Shown here piece by piece: positions 1-12,218 of a DNA stretch of 64,000 bases (its first letter is position 1; every line of letters begins with the position of its first letter). The notes under the pieces are model-generated. The model worked only from the letters and a program-made list of their open reading frames with translations, was not told the DNA's origin and ran no database searches. The stretch spans positions 4,526,001 to 4,590,000 of the forward strand of contig CATNEN010000030.1 in assembly GCA_950097015.1 (NCBI GenBank), in the 5' to 3' direction. The position numbers and the translations under genes are program-made. The DNA comes from Macrostomum hystrix. Its lineage: Eukaryota; Animalia; Platyhelminthes.

Positions 1-1081
1 CTTCAAGGTGACGTCCTCGCTTTGATTAGATTTATGGGACCAGACAAGATGAATGTACTTTTCGATTACTCGGAACAGCTCTCTCTCGACAGAGCAGCTT
101 TGCATGTACCCGTTTTGTTTATTGCGGACGTACATGTGCAACATATAAGATAAGAAGCATGTTGTTCTGGAGTTGACTTTTAGCCTAGAACAGTAGCTTC
201 CTACCGAATAAATTACGAGTATGCATGGATCCTGAAGCTTCGCATGCTGCATGTTTTATGATGCCTGCCTAGCTATACCCGGTATGCTCGTATAGCTATA
301 GCTTTGCTCATCGCCAGAAATTTCGATGTCTCCAGTCTGCGCCAGCCTCGCCACTAATTCAGCCCTCTATTAATCTTATTTATGTTTCCACACTATACAA
401 AATACCAGAAACTTGTAATTTGCGTTGACTGTACTCATCGGCGTCACGGTGGTGCAGAGGCGCGCATTTTTCCTATCAAACGGAATTCTCCTATGGGAAT
501 TTAGTCATGGTATGTCGATCGGCCTAAATTGCATGGAGCTTTATGAAGTGCACGCGAATATGCACTGCGTGGATTGGCCTAGAAGCACATAGAGCGGAAT
601 AGGTCGGATTCTTTTAGCTCTGCACCGATTCTGAGTTAGCGACAGAATTTATTTCTTCACTCTCCATCTCGTTATTAAAAGTACAGTACAAATTCCCAAG
701 TGGAATATTTTACTTGAAAGCTCTGAGTTTTGTGCCACATAAAATTATTTTTTAATTGCGAGCTTGATAAATTCGCATTGATGAGCCTTGCAGTGAATTC
801 CATTACTTAAGCCCTAAATTGCTTAATCAGAAATCCAAATACTAATAGATTTAGTGAGATTCTATTAGTTCCCATTAGTTCCAGTTTTTTATTTGAGATT
901 GGGATATATCAGTTCGATATGAATTCCATATATAGGCAATAGTAAAAATCGAAACGGCAGCTGAAATTTAATGCTGCAACACCGAGGTAACCGAAAAAAA
1001 TTATTAATTCATTTATTTATACATTAATTAATATTCAGTTTCACAGGTATACTAGGCTCGGCATTAAAATCAAGGTTCTCT

Positions 1082-1726
1082 TTAGGAATCGTGGAGTCCA
1101 TGAACTGCCGCAAAATAGTTCGGTGGCGGGGCTGTGACTGGCTCTGGCTGAGCTAGACAACTCGGACTAGGCCTGCGGCTCTGCGCTGACTGCAATGGCG
1201 GGTGCCGCCTAGCGTAGCAGTTGCAGAATACAATGAACCCCACTAGCACAGTGAGCAGACATGCCATGCAGATCAGTATTGCTGCTGAGCTAAATAATCC
1301 GCTGGAGTTTGCCCCATCAGAGCTGTAGTAGAAGCCGTATGTGTACCGAGATCCGTCATAGGAATACGATTGAGAACTTCTGTAGTCGGCGAACCTAACA
1401 GCACCGCCCACTTTACCGGCGATGCCTCTCGCAGCAACCGCTGGACCTGCATTATAGAAGGATTTGAGCCTTGAGAAGGAAGGATTTGAGCTAATTCACG
1501 TTTTCAACCTCCGGCTGTCTTTTTTCGGAGCTAGGCTTATTTAACACGCTTGCATAGATTTGCTAATTCCCAGAACGTCTTTTAGTGCAATATTTAATTC
1601 TACATGCTCCCAAACTGCTTTAGGAAAAACACAGAAGGACACGTGCAGTTTATGAGAAATTTACAAAAACTCCCATAATTCTCACTTGGTATACCAAAAA
1701 TCGCAATTAATATTGCATATGCAATT
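1082..1726 (-). CDS. Small single-pass membrane protein with cytoplasmic PPxY motif (5' start exon not located)
   Basis: The main exon 1446-1082 follows a tgcAG acceptor in phase 1 and reads GPAVAARGIAGKVGGAVRFADY...YGFYY, then a TM segment (AAILICMACLLTVLVGFIVFC), then PPPNY and a stop. A candidate upstream exon 1726-1686 (gtcAG...GTGAG, phase 2 to 1) encodes IAYAILIAIFGIP, which resembles a signal-peptide core. The ATG exon was not found. Confidence 0.6.
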
Positions 1727-3343
1727 CTGACAAAAACATTATATGTTTGAAAATAAAGCCTAATTGATCATAATAATCTATACATGCATAGAAGCAGGCC
1801 GAAAAAACCTAGATATTATTGAACCTCAAGAAAGACAAATATACTCATTATTAAAAACGTTTTATTCACACATAATCACTTGTCCCAAAATAATTCCTAA
1901 TTAAAATGTCAAATGTCAAATATTTTATATATGTGAAACAAAATTTCATAAAACCACTTAACAAAAACAAAACAGAAATAAACATTGCACATAGCACATA
2001 TGTTAGTTGTTTTTCTCTATATCAATATTCATGACAAATACACAGATAAAAATATTCTTAAAAATCCAAATAATAAATGTGAAACTTCAGTTCATTTAAT
2101 TTGACATGCGTATCAGCGTCAGTGTTATATAGTTAACACAAACCCATATGACAAATCATTAACATTATAAATTACTAAATAGCGATAAAACTCTAGTGAA
2201 ATAGCCATAGTTAAACTCAGTTAACATATTTGGAGCTAAAGAACTCATTATGGCAGCAATTAGAAAAGACGAATTTTTTTCTGACTGTTCAATGCAAAAA
2301 TGTGTGAATGAGTTTGACATGTAAGCTTACTGAACATAAAAGGTGCTCCAACAGTAGTGAATAGTTTAATTAGTTGTTCTGATGAAAAATGCATTCTTTG
2401 AAAGTAAAGAGATCATATACAAAGATAATAACTGCAAGATTTCTAGGAAATATGGAGTTAGTTTATACAAGTATACTTGTCAGATGAACGCGATATAAAA
2501 TTTTCAAGACACGGTAAATTTCATAATTTAAAAAATACTGTCTCGCAATTAGCGTGAATCAGTACAGTAAAACAACGCGGATTTTACCAGTAAATCTGTA
2601 AAAGCAATATCCTACCTAATTTCCAAAAAGTTGCTCTTATTGTAGTAAGAAGTTTCTTACATTTAAGTACGATTTCTCCGCACTGTGCCAGCTACGTGTG
2701 CTGCCGAAACGCTTTTCAAACTTGGTTGTTTTGGATTTGTCGCAGACCAAAGTTGACATATCGCATAAATTATAAATTAATGTTTTTTTTAATAACAGCC
2801 ATCAAAGTATACAAAACACTGTACAACTAAAAACCACTCGTGCAATGGACTGCGAAATACTCAGTGAACTCACGCAAGGAAAGAAAAACAAGAAGGAAAG
2901 CATGAAAGCGAAAGAAACGAATGGAAAAATCAACACGAACCGATTTTTAGCTGCTTTGAGCGCCCAAGTTTTTTGCACGGAGCTTGCTATCGGAATCTGG
3001 GGTTACTGTAAAAACGTGTTTCAGATCGGTCCTTTAAGTGTTTCGGTTAAAACTAGTTGCTGCAGGTTAAAAGATATAATTTTTTCTCACGTGTCGAAAA
3101 AGCTAAACTCCCACGAGTAAAATTCTAGTCAGCAGAAAACTTAAAAAATCGGACTCAAATTTTTTTGCATGAATTGGTCGTTTCACGTCCTGAGTATTTA
3201 AGTAGTCCCCGCACTCCTGCATGGAGGGGTGCGAAACGATCCGAATTTTAACAATTGTGACATTTTGAAATTTGGGGAACTTGTTTATAATTAAACTTAT
3301 TTGTAATCAACGATGAAATGGATCGTATTCAACGATGGAAAAC

Positions 3344-3383
3344 CAAGGACCACTAGTAGATAGTCCTACTTGAGTAGTCCGTG
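3344..3383. mobile_element. 40-bp micro-element (CAAGGAC...GTCCGTG) with 8-bp TSD
   Basis: It is flanked by the exact direct repeat TGGAAAAC (3336-3343 and 3384-3391). Its first 18 nt and last 11 nt are shared with the copy at 33107-33150. Confidence 0.75.
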
Positions 3384-5774
3384 TGGAAAACTAGCGGCAA
3401 CCCAACCCGGCCAGGGAAGACTCGCCACCCAAAGCTAAAGGGCCGTCGCCCTTTAGCTCAACGAAGCCAAATGCGAAGCTGTTCGGCTGACCTGTCTAGC
3501 TGCTACACCACCTAAAAAATGTCGGCGCATCTGCTGTCGGCGAGTCGCTGGTCAAGCGTCTGCGCATGATAGCTGAGCAGTTCGCCTCCATCGACTGTCA
3601 CCGATGCACTGCTGTGGATTTCGCTTGGCCACTCGGGCACGTGCGATGTATGAGCTCCGCGCCGGTGTGTCATTTCGGGACCCACCAGCACTCGCCGGCT
3701 ACGAAGACGCACTGCGCGACAAGGCTGAGCTGCACCGACCACCGTCCGCCTCAAGCGCCGGACTAACTGTGGCAGCTGGCGGAAGCGAGCTCGTGAGCAA
3801 CTGTAGAGATCTCGGCGAGAAGCCGACCCCATTGGAGCCTTAACGTGGCCGCGGCCTCACCAATACACATCTCCAACGCACGTCTGTGGGGACAGACATG
3901 CATCACCAGGCACGGCGCCGAGCTCGTTTACTCCGATGACGTTGACGTGGCAGAATTTCGGGTGCGAGCACGACAGCGCGGCCTTCGTGGTTACGCTAAG
4001 GGAGTGCAATGTCCGACCGTTTTAATAGTCGTATTTGGACCCACCGCTCGTAAGTTTTAATATTTTTTCGTCTTACGAAATATATTCCACAGCAACAATG
4101 AAAACATAAATAAAATAGTTTATGTAAGTAATCATATCAGTTTTTTGGTAATTCTTTAAAATTATTTTCTCTTTAAATTTACCTTGAAGACCTTTCATCT
4201 ACATATTGCTATGCTCGTACAAAAAAGGATAAATATTAAAAAATACTATTACAAACTCATTCGTATACATCTTAATAAAGTCGTTTAAATATAGCTCGTA
4301 AATATCAGTTCAATCTGCAGTTTCAACTGCACTAGCCGAAGCCAAAATGCGACCCGCGTTTCCGACCTGCATCGATTAGTGTACTCTACTTTTATTATAA
4401 TTTACGACCCAATGCATTATTTTATACGTGTACGTACTCAGGTACTTGAAAGGACTGTGCTTTTTAATTTTTCCCAATAGCCATTATCACTAAGTTCTGA
4501 ATTTAGATTTTGAATAGTTTATAACTACGACATAACTCAAGGAGTAAATAGTCGAGCCGAAATGGCAGTCATTTGAAATGCGATTTTGGATCATAAAAAG
4601 CTGCTGGTACAATCACAGACAATAAAAACTCCGGCTGCGGGATCTAGGAAATCGCGAGAAACGACAACGCGAAGTTTTTGAATAATTATTGCTATTTATT
4701 ATTACCAGTACAAATGATTATTCGATCTTGCTAAACCAGGTCAGTAAAAACTATTATATATAAATAACTGCGGTCTAATTTTAATAAGCTTGGAAACAAG
4801 TTGTTAGACATATTTGTATAATATGACAAGCTAAAGAGCTATAAATAACCAATTTTTACAATAAATAAATTAGAAGAGCACAAAACGTCTATAAAAAATA
4901 CAGTTTTGTAAGTTTGTCATATTCTATACGCAGTTGTACAACACTCAGTAGCGAAATATGAAATTTAACTGATTTTCGCTTATAGTCTAGAGAAAATGTA
5001 AATATTAAGTTGAATTTTTTGCCTTAGATCTGTTTGGCCATTGCCGAGTATTGAAAATAAAAATAGATGAATCGAAAACGACAAAAATTAAACGATTGCA
5101 CAGAATGTAACTGATACAAATTTCAGTAGTAAATTGTGTAAAACGGCACAAAACAAGATCTAAAATAATAAATGAGGTATAAACACGGAGATATCAGTTA
5201 TTAGTGAGATTGCAAGAAAGCATTAACAAATTCGAAAGCTATCTGAAGCTGAAGAGAAAATTAAAAAATTCAACTAAAACGCAAGCGGTATTAGCATAAT
5301 AAATCATTGCATAGCCATATAAAATTCGGTCGATAGCCTACAGCAAATTAAAAATCAAAAGGTAAACCACTATGCCACTTTCAGGCGCCGCCGAAATGAA
5401 AATTCAATCCCAGTAAGACCCACATAAAGGGGATGTCAACTTAATGCTGGTGGACCCTGGTCCCATTACCCAGGGTACCCTGGGTCGACAGGATCGACCA
5501 GCTACTGATTTCAGTAGGTTCGGTTCGACGATTGACCAGCTCGGGCTCCATTCTAGAGCCTCGAGTTGACACGAAATCATTATTTTATTCAGTTTATCCA
5601 CCAGGTTACTATAGGAAGGACCGGGCGACATATCTTGGCGGTTTGGTTTGATAATAGAGCCTTAAACTAAAATACCCATTGTGAGAACTAGCTAACACCT
5701 GGATTAAGTTTAGCACAATTCCTTTAATATTTTGTTTCGCCATCGTCTTGCAGCCGACGCATTCTTAACAGTAA

Positions 5775-6225
5775 CTAAAAAATCCTGAACAAGGGCTACA
5801 TTTTCCGTTCTATCCGATTAAACAACTTTCAGAATCACAAAAATAGGCATCGTCGAGATATTAAACCATTATTGTCGAGTGTCTGCTGGATAAACTAAAC
5901 AAATAGGCATAACTTTTCCGCTCACAAATTTTCATAAAAGAACCATTTCGACGATTATTTTTGATTATATTGCATTGATAATATTGTTACGAGTAATTAT
6001 TATATTATTGAACCAATATAGATTCGCCATAAAGGTTTATACAGAGCTATTTTAGATGTCCTTGACAACAGAGTCTGCGACGAGAATTGCTGAATATCTC
6101 GACGATGATGACGTCAGACGGCTTAAAAAATTGTTTATAGTTAGGATCAGAAAATGTGATCGATTTGGTATCGTGAAGTGCAGTGGGTGTTTAAAATTCT
6201 AATGTGGTCTCTTCCCCAGGGTAAA
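5775..6225 (+). mobile_element. ~0.5 kb MITE-like dispersed repeat, copy 1
   Basis: It shares motif blocks (ggcatcgtcgagatatt; tatacagagc...gtccttg; gaatatctcgacgatg; cgtgaag...gtgg) with 34071-34596, 40205-40680 and 42095-42290. Boundaries are approximate. Confidence 0.7.
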
Positions 6226-6376
6226 AAATAGCGTGGTATTTCAACTACTAATGCTACAGTAGTGATAAAAATGTACTAAATATTAAAGAAATTTATATCG
6301 AGTTACACAAATAGACAAAAGCATGCCAAATTATATGAACGATACGGGAACAAAAAGCATCACAGACAACACACAT

Positions 6377-8901
6377 TCACTCTCGGCCAGGATAGGCAGG
6401 CGGCGGCCAGTTGGGCGGTGGAGCACCACCGGCCTGAGGAAGAGGCGGCTGATAAGTCGGGTAGGGCGGAGCTTCGCCAGTCATGGCCGGCATGGCGGGA
6501 GGGTAAGGAGCGACACTATAGTTATAGTCGGCTGGCTGGTTAGCCTGCTGCATTGGATAAGCGGGTGCAGCGCCGTCGTTAGATTTAAAGGCCAGCGGAT
6601 CCTGCGAGGGGACCGGCTGTGGCTGATGCGGGCCGCGACGACTGCGAAATTTGCAATAGAGAATCAGGCCGAAACAGGAGCACAGGAAAAGAATAGCCAG
6701 CACACAGACCACGGCGATGACCGCTACGGAGGCGCCGGTAGCCAGCACGCCGTATTGTCGGTAAAACTGCTCTTCATCGCAGCAGTACTGCATTTCGGCT
6801 GGTCCGCAGCAGTACTTTCTGTCGTCCCAGCGGATAATATAGTTGTAATCTTTCGGGCAGACAAAGTATTGATAGCGTACAGTCATATTACGCTCATCTA
6901 AGCCGGTTAAGTTGCCACGACAGATGGCGAAGTCGTCATTGTAACGATAGCGGCCGCCAAAATGAAAATTCGGTCTCAGCTTGTACGCAATGTAAACAGA
7001 GCCGGCGGCTAGCAGAAGTTTCTTTTTGTCCATGCCGAGACCACTGAAAAGCGCCAGATAGCTTACTGAACTCATCATTAGAGACCCATGAAGTTTCTAT
7101 GCAACTGGACCCGTATTCTGCTATCGCATGCATGTATGATGAGAACCCTGGGGACCTTGGTGGACCCACATTTCTGTTGACTACACGCACATATTGCTCG
7201 TATTTTGCTATCAACTGAAAGCTGTCAAGTGATATTTGTCCGATCGCAACTTGCGTGTGTTGTTCTTAGATTATTGAAAAAGAATGGCAAAGTAACTAAT
7301 AAAAACTAACTTGAGGTTTGCTTGCGGCGCGAGAGAGGTGTTTGAGCCGTCGGAGAAGCTTCTCAGTCGTTAGAGAAGCAGTTGAGTCGGAAACGAGGCG
7401 ATTTCAATGTCAGCACATTATAATTCCGGTAACCACGCTATGTGCAATTGCATTATTATTATTACATTTACTCATGTAAATGACATTGCGATTGTGGCTG
7501 GTACTGGTACCAGCTCGAAGGCTCGTATTTTTAAATACAGCACCTTACCCTTTTCTATACATGACACCAGGCGCCATATTGTAGCTGGACGTCCGAAATG
7601 AGCTTCTATAGGATGGAGCACGGTAGGAGAACCTAGAGCTAGAGGACCGGAAGGCACTGCGGGCCCTTATAGAGGAGCAGTCTGTGGGATAGAAAGAAAA
7701 GATCAAACGCCTTAGGGAATGACAGTTTATCAGCAATCGAAAGCCCTGTGTATGTTAAAATCATGAGCTTCTCGAATACAGTCAACTGGTATCACAGCAA
7801 CTGAAAGGCTTGAAATAGAATGTTGCATGCAAGTGTACCAAATTGAGCAGAGACTATATATATTATACATTTCGATACTGTTCTCCTGCAGTTCATTGTA
7901 AAAGCTGTTCAAAGCAAATAAACAGTGCTTGTGTTACTTTATATTTTATAGTTTAAAATTTAAAAGTTTATAATGACAATAGTTAGTTTCTTAAACAGTA
8001 TTAAGTGGTATTAAATGCTGTAGTAGTGTTGCACCCACTACAGAAAGTTGCTGAATGTGTGACCTCACAGAACAGTTGGCACCATAGAAATACCTCAATG
8101 TGCATGTCAAAAAGAGACATGGACATGCCATGCATTGCACCCAAATGTCACATCGTGTTTCAATATTTAAAGCTAATCCCTTCCCTTTGCCCTTGCCTTT
8201 GATTTTATCACCCCCAAACCTTTATTCCATAGACTATTATTCCATGTCATGCCATGTCACTTTAACACAACTGTGCCATGTAAACCCATGATTTCAAACA
8301 GAAAATAAGTAAATGTGTGAAACTAGGAAATAGCCAGAAATTGGCAAATTTTGGATACAAATTTAGGCAGGGCCTAAAAGTTACCAAGGGTAGCTATGGT
8401 AACAGCTAAGGGATTATAGAACATACATTTTATGAATTTTCCTATATAGCAGAAACTTTTTTCAAAACCAAAAGCCTATAAAAGTACTAAAACAAATAGT
8501 TTTTTTGCTTTTCATACATTTAAACAATAATACAATCACAAAAAGTATAAAATGCTAACAAATGCCCTATAAATGTTTTGTTTCTTTTCAAGTTATATAG
8601 CTCAATAGTACACACTAGATGTAATCTAGACTATATATATTTAGGTACATTTAAGAAGCATTTCTCTTACCTCATTTTCCCATTATTTTGCTATTTATGT
8701 TAGGGGCTTCTATGTCAAAATGGTAACACATCAAAATGGTCACAAATAAGAAAAAAGCTTGTATTTTAATCATTTAATAATCCTAATTATGCATATATTA
8801 TGAAGTTTAGTTGCAATGCATTACTTACCATAAACACAAATTATAAGAATAAGGATGGCTAAGTACCATTGGTACTGGCATAGGAAATTCATTTTTGTCA
8901 T
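6377..8901 (-). CDS. Shisa-like single-pass type I membrane protein, 290 aa, 3 coding exons
   Basis: Exons 8901-8829 (73 nt), 7681-7549 (133 nt) and 7043-6377 (667 nt) have GT-AG borders and matching phases, totalling 873 nt. The protein has a signal peptide (MTKMNFLCQYQWYLAILILIICVYDCSS), an R/S/Y-rich segment, a six-Cys domain (C..FVCP..YCCG..QYCC), a TM helix and a Pro-rich tail with PPPAY and APPY motifs. Confidence 0.85.
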
Positions 8902-11900
8902 TTTTGCTCTAGGAAAATAAGCACAAACTAATGGCTTTAGAGGTAAAAGAAGAGTGAGGCTTTTGTAGCTCTATTGTATAGAATGACTACACAATGCACA
9001 TATGAGGCTTTATTCCAGCTTTTTTTATATTAAGTTATAACTTGAAAAGGTCGAAATTCACTAAATTTTGTACCAGAGACAATCCAATCTTATATCATAC
9101 GAAGAATAATTACTTTTATCTTGTTGTGTACAATACTGCACCAGTGAACTGTAGGGACAAACTCAAGTTGAAAAATGAAATGTTGCTAAAAATTGCAGGT
9201 ATTAGGTTTAGGTTGACAGATTTATAAGCAGTTAGATTCTATATTAGAGAGAGAATAACAGTTAAGAAACCCAGTTTCGTAGTTTTTGTCTTATTTTATT
9301 AAACCTGATTGATTTCTGCGAAATGCGAAAACGCATTTTTAAATGTGTAACTAGTAAAATTATTCGCTGCGCACTCAATGCAAGCCTTTCATCAAGTAAA
9401 GGTCAACGTTTCACTGTTTAAGTAAATTTAATCAAGTTTCATAAATTAAAATAACAAACAAACATGTTTTTACCTAATACAAACCTTTAAAATTGTTGTG
9501 TCACAAACCTATAATTGACAGGGTCCAATAGACAATAGTTATGTGAATTAAAAATGTTATGAAAAATACGCAATAAAAAAAGTTATTTTGTAATTTAAGA
9601 AGTTTTGAGATTACATATGCATCCTGAGTATTTGGGAACTCGCCATGCGAGTTCCAGTGGGTGCCGGCCATACTGCCAGCCCATGAAATGGCCGGAATTC
9701 CTGGCGCTTATACAGGCAAACAGATCCAGCCGTGTCTCAGCTAATCTATATGCACAGCGCTAACAGTGCCCGGAGACTGCATGCGCGGCGAGTATGAAAC
9801 TTTCTATCACGCCCCCGAGTAGGCGCTAGACGAATGGCACTGCTGGCCGGCACCGACCTCGACCGCCTCCTTCGGGAACCAGAAATCTAACTGTATCTAA
9901 CTTATCTCGGCGCCGCCGCGCCACTAACGGTGAGCTGAAGAAAAGGAAGAAGAAGTTGGACCCCGAAATCAGCAATCCATGTGACTTAATGTGTGAGCGC
10001 ATAAAAAGTTGACTCCGTTTGCTGAAATCTTCTGCTTGTTAATTTCGATCCCGTCATGGGTTTTGTGATGAATGTCATTTCAAAATCCCTAGTGACAGCC
10101 AGCCTTTATCATCACGACATTCCTGACATTCCTGATCCCCAAAATGACAGTCTTAAGCATTAACGGGATAATTAATGTTTCTAGATCCTCCATTTCGACT
10201 TCGAGTCCTCGATTTCTCGCACAAATTGAATCTTCAGTAAAAAATCTGGTCGTTGATTGCGCAGGACAAAAACAGAATTCTTAAGAGATTTGATTCTGCA
10301 ACAATTGAGCAAGGACTGGTTAACGTCTTGACATAACATTTTCTAGTTTTCTTGGAGTTTATGAAGGCTACACAAATCAATTCACTTTCTACTCTATAAT
10401 GTATGCTTTTTTTCTCAGCTCGTATTTTCTTAGAGCTGGCGCCTGGGCTGGCAGAAGGCTGCCGGGTTGTCTGTGAAGGAGGGTAATTAGCAAAAAGAGC
10501 TCTTATTAAAAAGCACAATCGAAGGTAATTTTGAGGTTTTAATAGGCCAGCATTTTTTATATATTATTTTGAACTTTTACTTGTTAAAATCTGGATTTTC
10601 TGTGATTTCCGTGGGGACAACCATAGTTGTGGACTGTCGATTTTGCGTCTTTCGCGTTCTTCTGAAAAAAGCCATGATAAGTCAGTTTTTTGGGCCAAAC
10701 ATGCATGCTTCAAACTGAGAACAGGCTCGCTAAAATGTCTAAGTTTGAAGCAGCTTGCAGATAAAGAACGATTATTCAAACACATTAGGCGTCACCCATA
10801 TCATGGTCAGTACGTGTTTTCCCACTTTCGGTCAGTTGCTGGCATGATAATATACCTGCTGTACGCTTTGTTTCTATATAGAGGTGCCTATAGGTGTCAG
10901 CTGTGTACGTAGCGCGATGAAAACTGCCTGGGTAAAGCCTGTTAGCTTTAGAAGAAAGCAGCGTGAAGCTGGTGTAACACAGAAGTCGAATCCTGCCCCA
11001 GACTGTGGAAGGACGTGCACAAACGCAGTGAGGGCCTTGCTGCGCAACCATTGGCTGCAATTCGGTCAGCCGGCTAGGGAGAAACTACGATATAACGAGG
11101 CTGGTATGATGCTCTCATGTTGTTGGTTCACACCATATTGGGGCTACAGCGTACAAACAACTGAAAGTCGCAATGTTCTCAGCCGCTTCACGGCCTACTT
11201 TCAATTTGCCGTGCACCACTTGAGGAACTCCCGGCACAAGCTTGTGGTAAGTGCTGAGTTGAATTTCTGCAATCTGATGGCTATGCGGACATCAGTGCAA
11301 AGCTATTGTCTGCATTATTCTGCTTTTACTACGTTATAATCGGGCCAAATATGGTCACTTGCTAACGTTATTTGCCAGCTGGAAAGTTAATCGACTGACG
11401 TTAGCATGCCGCGTTCACAGCAACATGCTTACCCGGCGTCATTAGCCGGTAGAAATTTGCCTTTTTACTGTTTATACTTTCGAATTAAAAAATTCGCGAC
11501 AGTTAATGAGTTAGGAAATATGTACACATAAAATTTAACAAAATGAGCAATCACCAGACTAAAGCCATGCTGACAACATGCCGCTTAGTCCTTCAGAGCA
11601 AACTCCCCATGTCGCTCGTTTTTGGCAGATTCCTTCAGGCAGTGAGTCTCCGCTCCCTCAGAAGGAAAGACTCATAAAGAGACAGGATAATTTTTGCTCC
11701 CAATTGTCCACCAATCTGTCCTAGTTCACAGATGAAATCCACCTCGCTACGTATTTCTGGTTCACCTGGTCGTGGCAACGATTTGCCTGTGACAGATTTT
11801 TATAGACCATCCTTGGTCAAGTCTACTCGTGGTTTAGTACAAAATCTGCTTGGCAGACCAGTGCTTGGCCGACGTCTTTTTGATAAACGTCGCCGGGTAA

Positions 11901-11937
11901 ACGTCGCCAGCTATGCAAACGTCATAGAGTATGGAGA

Positions 11938-12218
11938 GGTGAGTGGAAGAGCGTTAAATGCGTTTGCGTCTCGCACAATGATCCCTAAACTCGATTCTGC
12001 GGCGAGGCCGCATTCGTTTGGGGCGCAGCCGCGGAGAGAAGGCTTGGATGCTTGTCGTGCAATTCACGCCCTTGGAGGCCAACCTGCTATGCAAAGCGTG
12101 AGAGTGTACACTGCCTCTCGATGAGAAAGTCAGGGAAGATGTACACACCTGTGTGAGCGTGTCCCTTCGTACTGTATCAGTGCGCGTGTGTGCTCAGGAG
12201 TTAGCGGTAGAATTGCCT
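11938..12218 (+). mobile_element. tRNA-derived SINE, family A copy 1
   Basis: It aligns with the reverse complement of 22992-23256, sharing gcgcagccgcggagagaaggcttg, cttgtcgtgcaatt, gatgtacacacct and gaattgcc. The 5' head is tRNA-like. Confidence 0.6.

Noticed and set aside
5404-5631. 75-aa ORF containing an 18-bp palindrome (5468-5485)
   Set aside because: It has no recognisable domain or compatible splice sites, and a single short palindrome is not informative.
9620-9960. Possible LINE 3' end (GC-rich, ends in gaagaaaaggaagaagaag)
   Set aside because: It shows only a vague zinc-knuckle resemblance in broken frames, which cannot be supported without a search.
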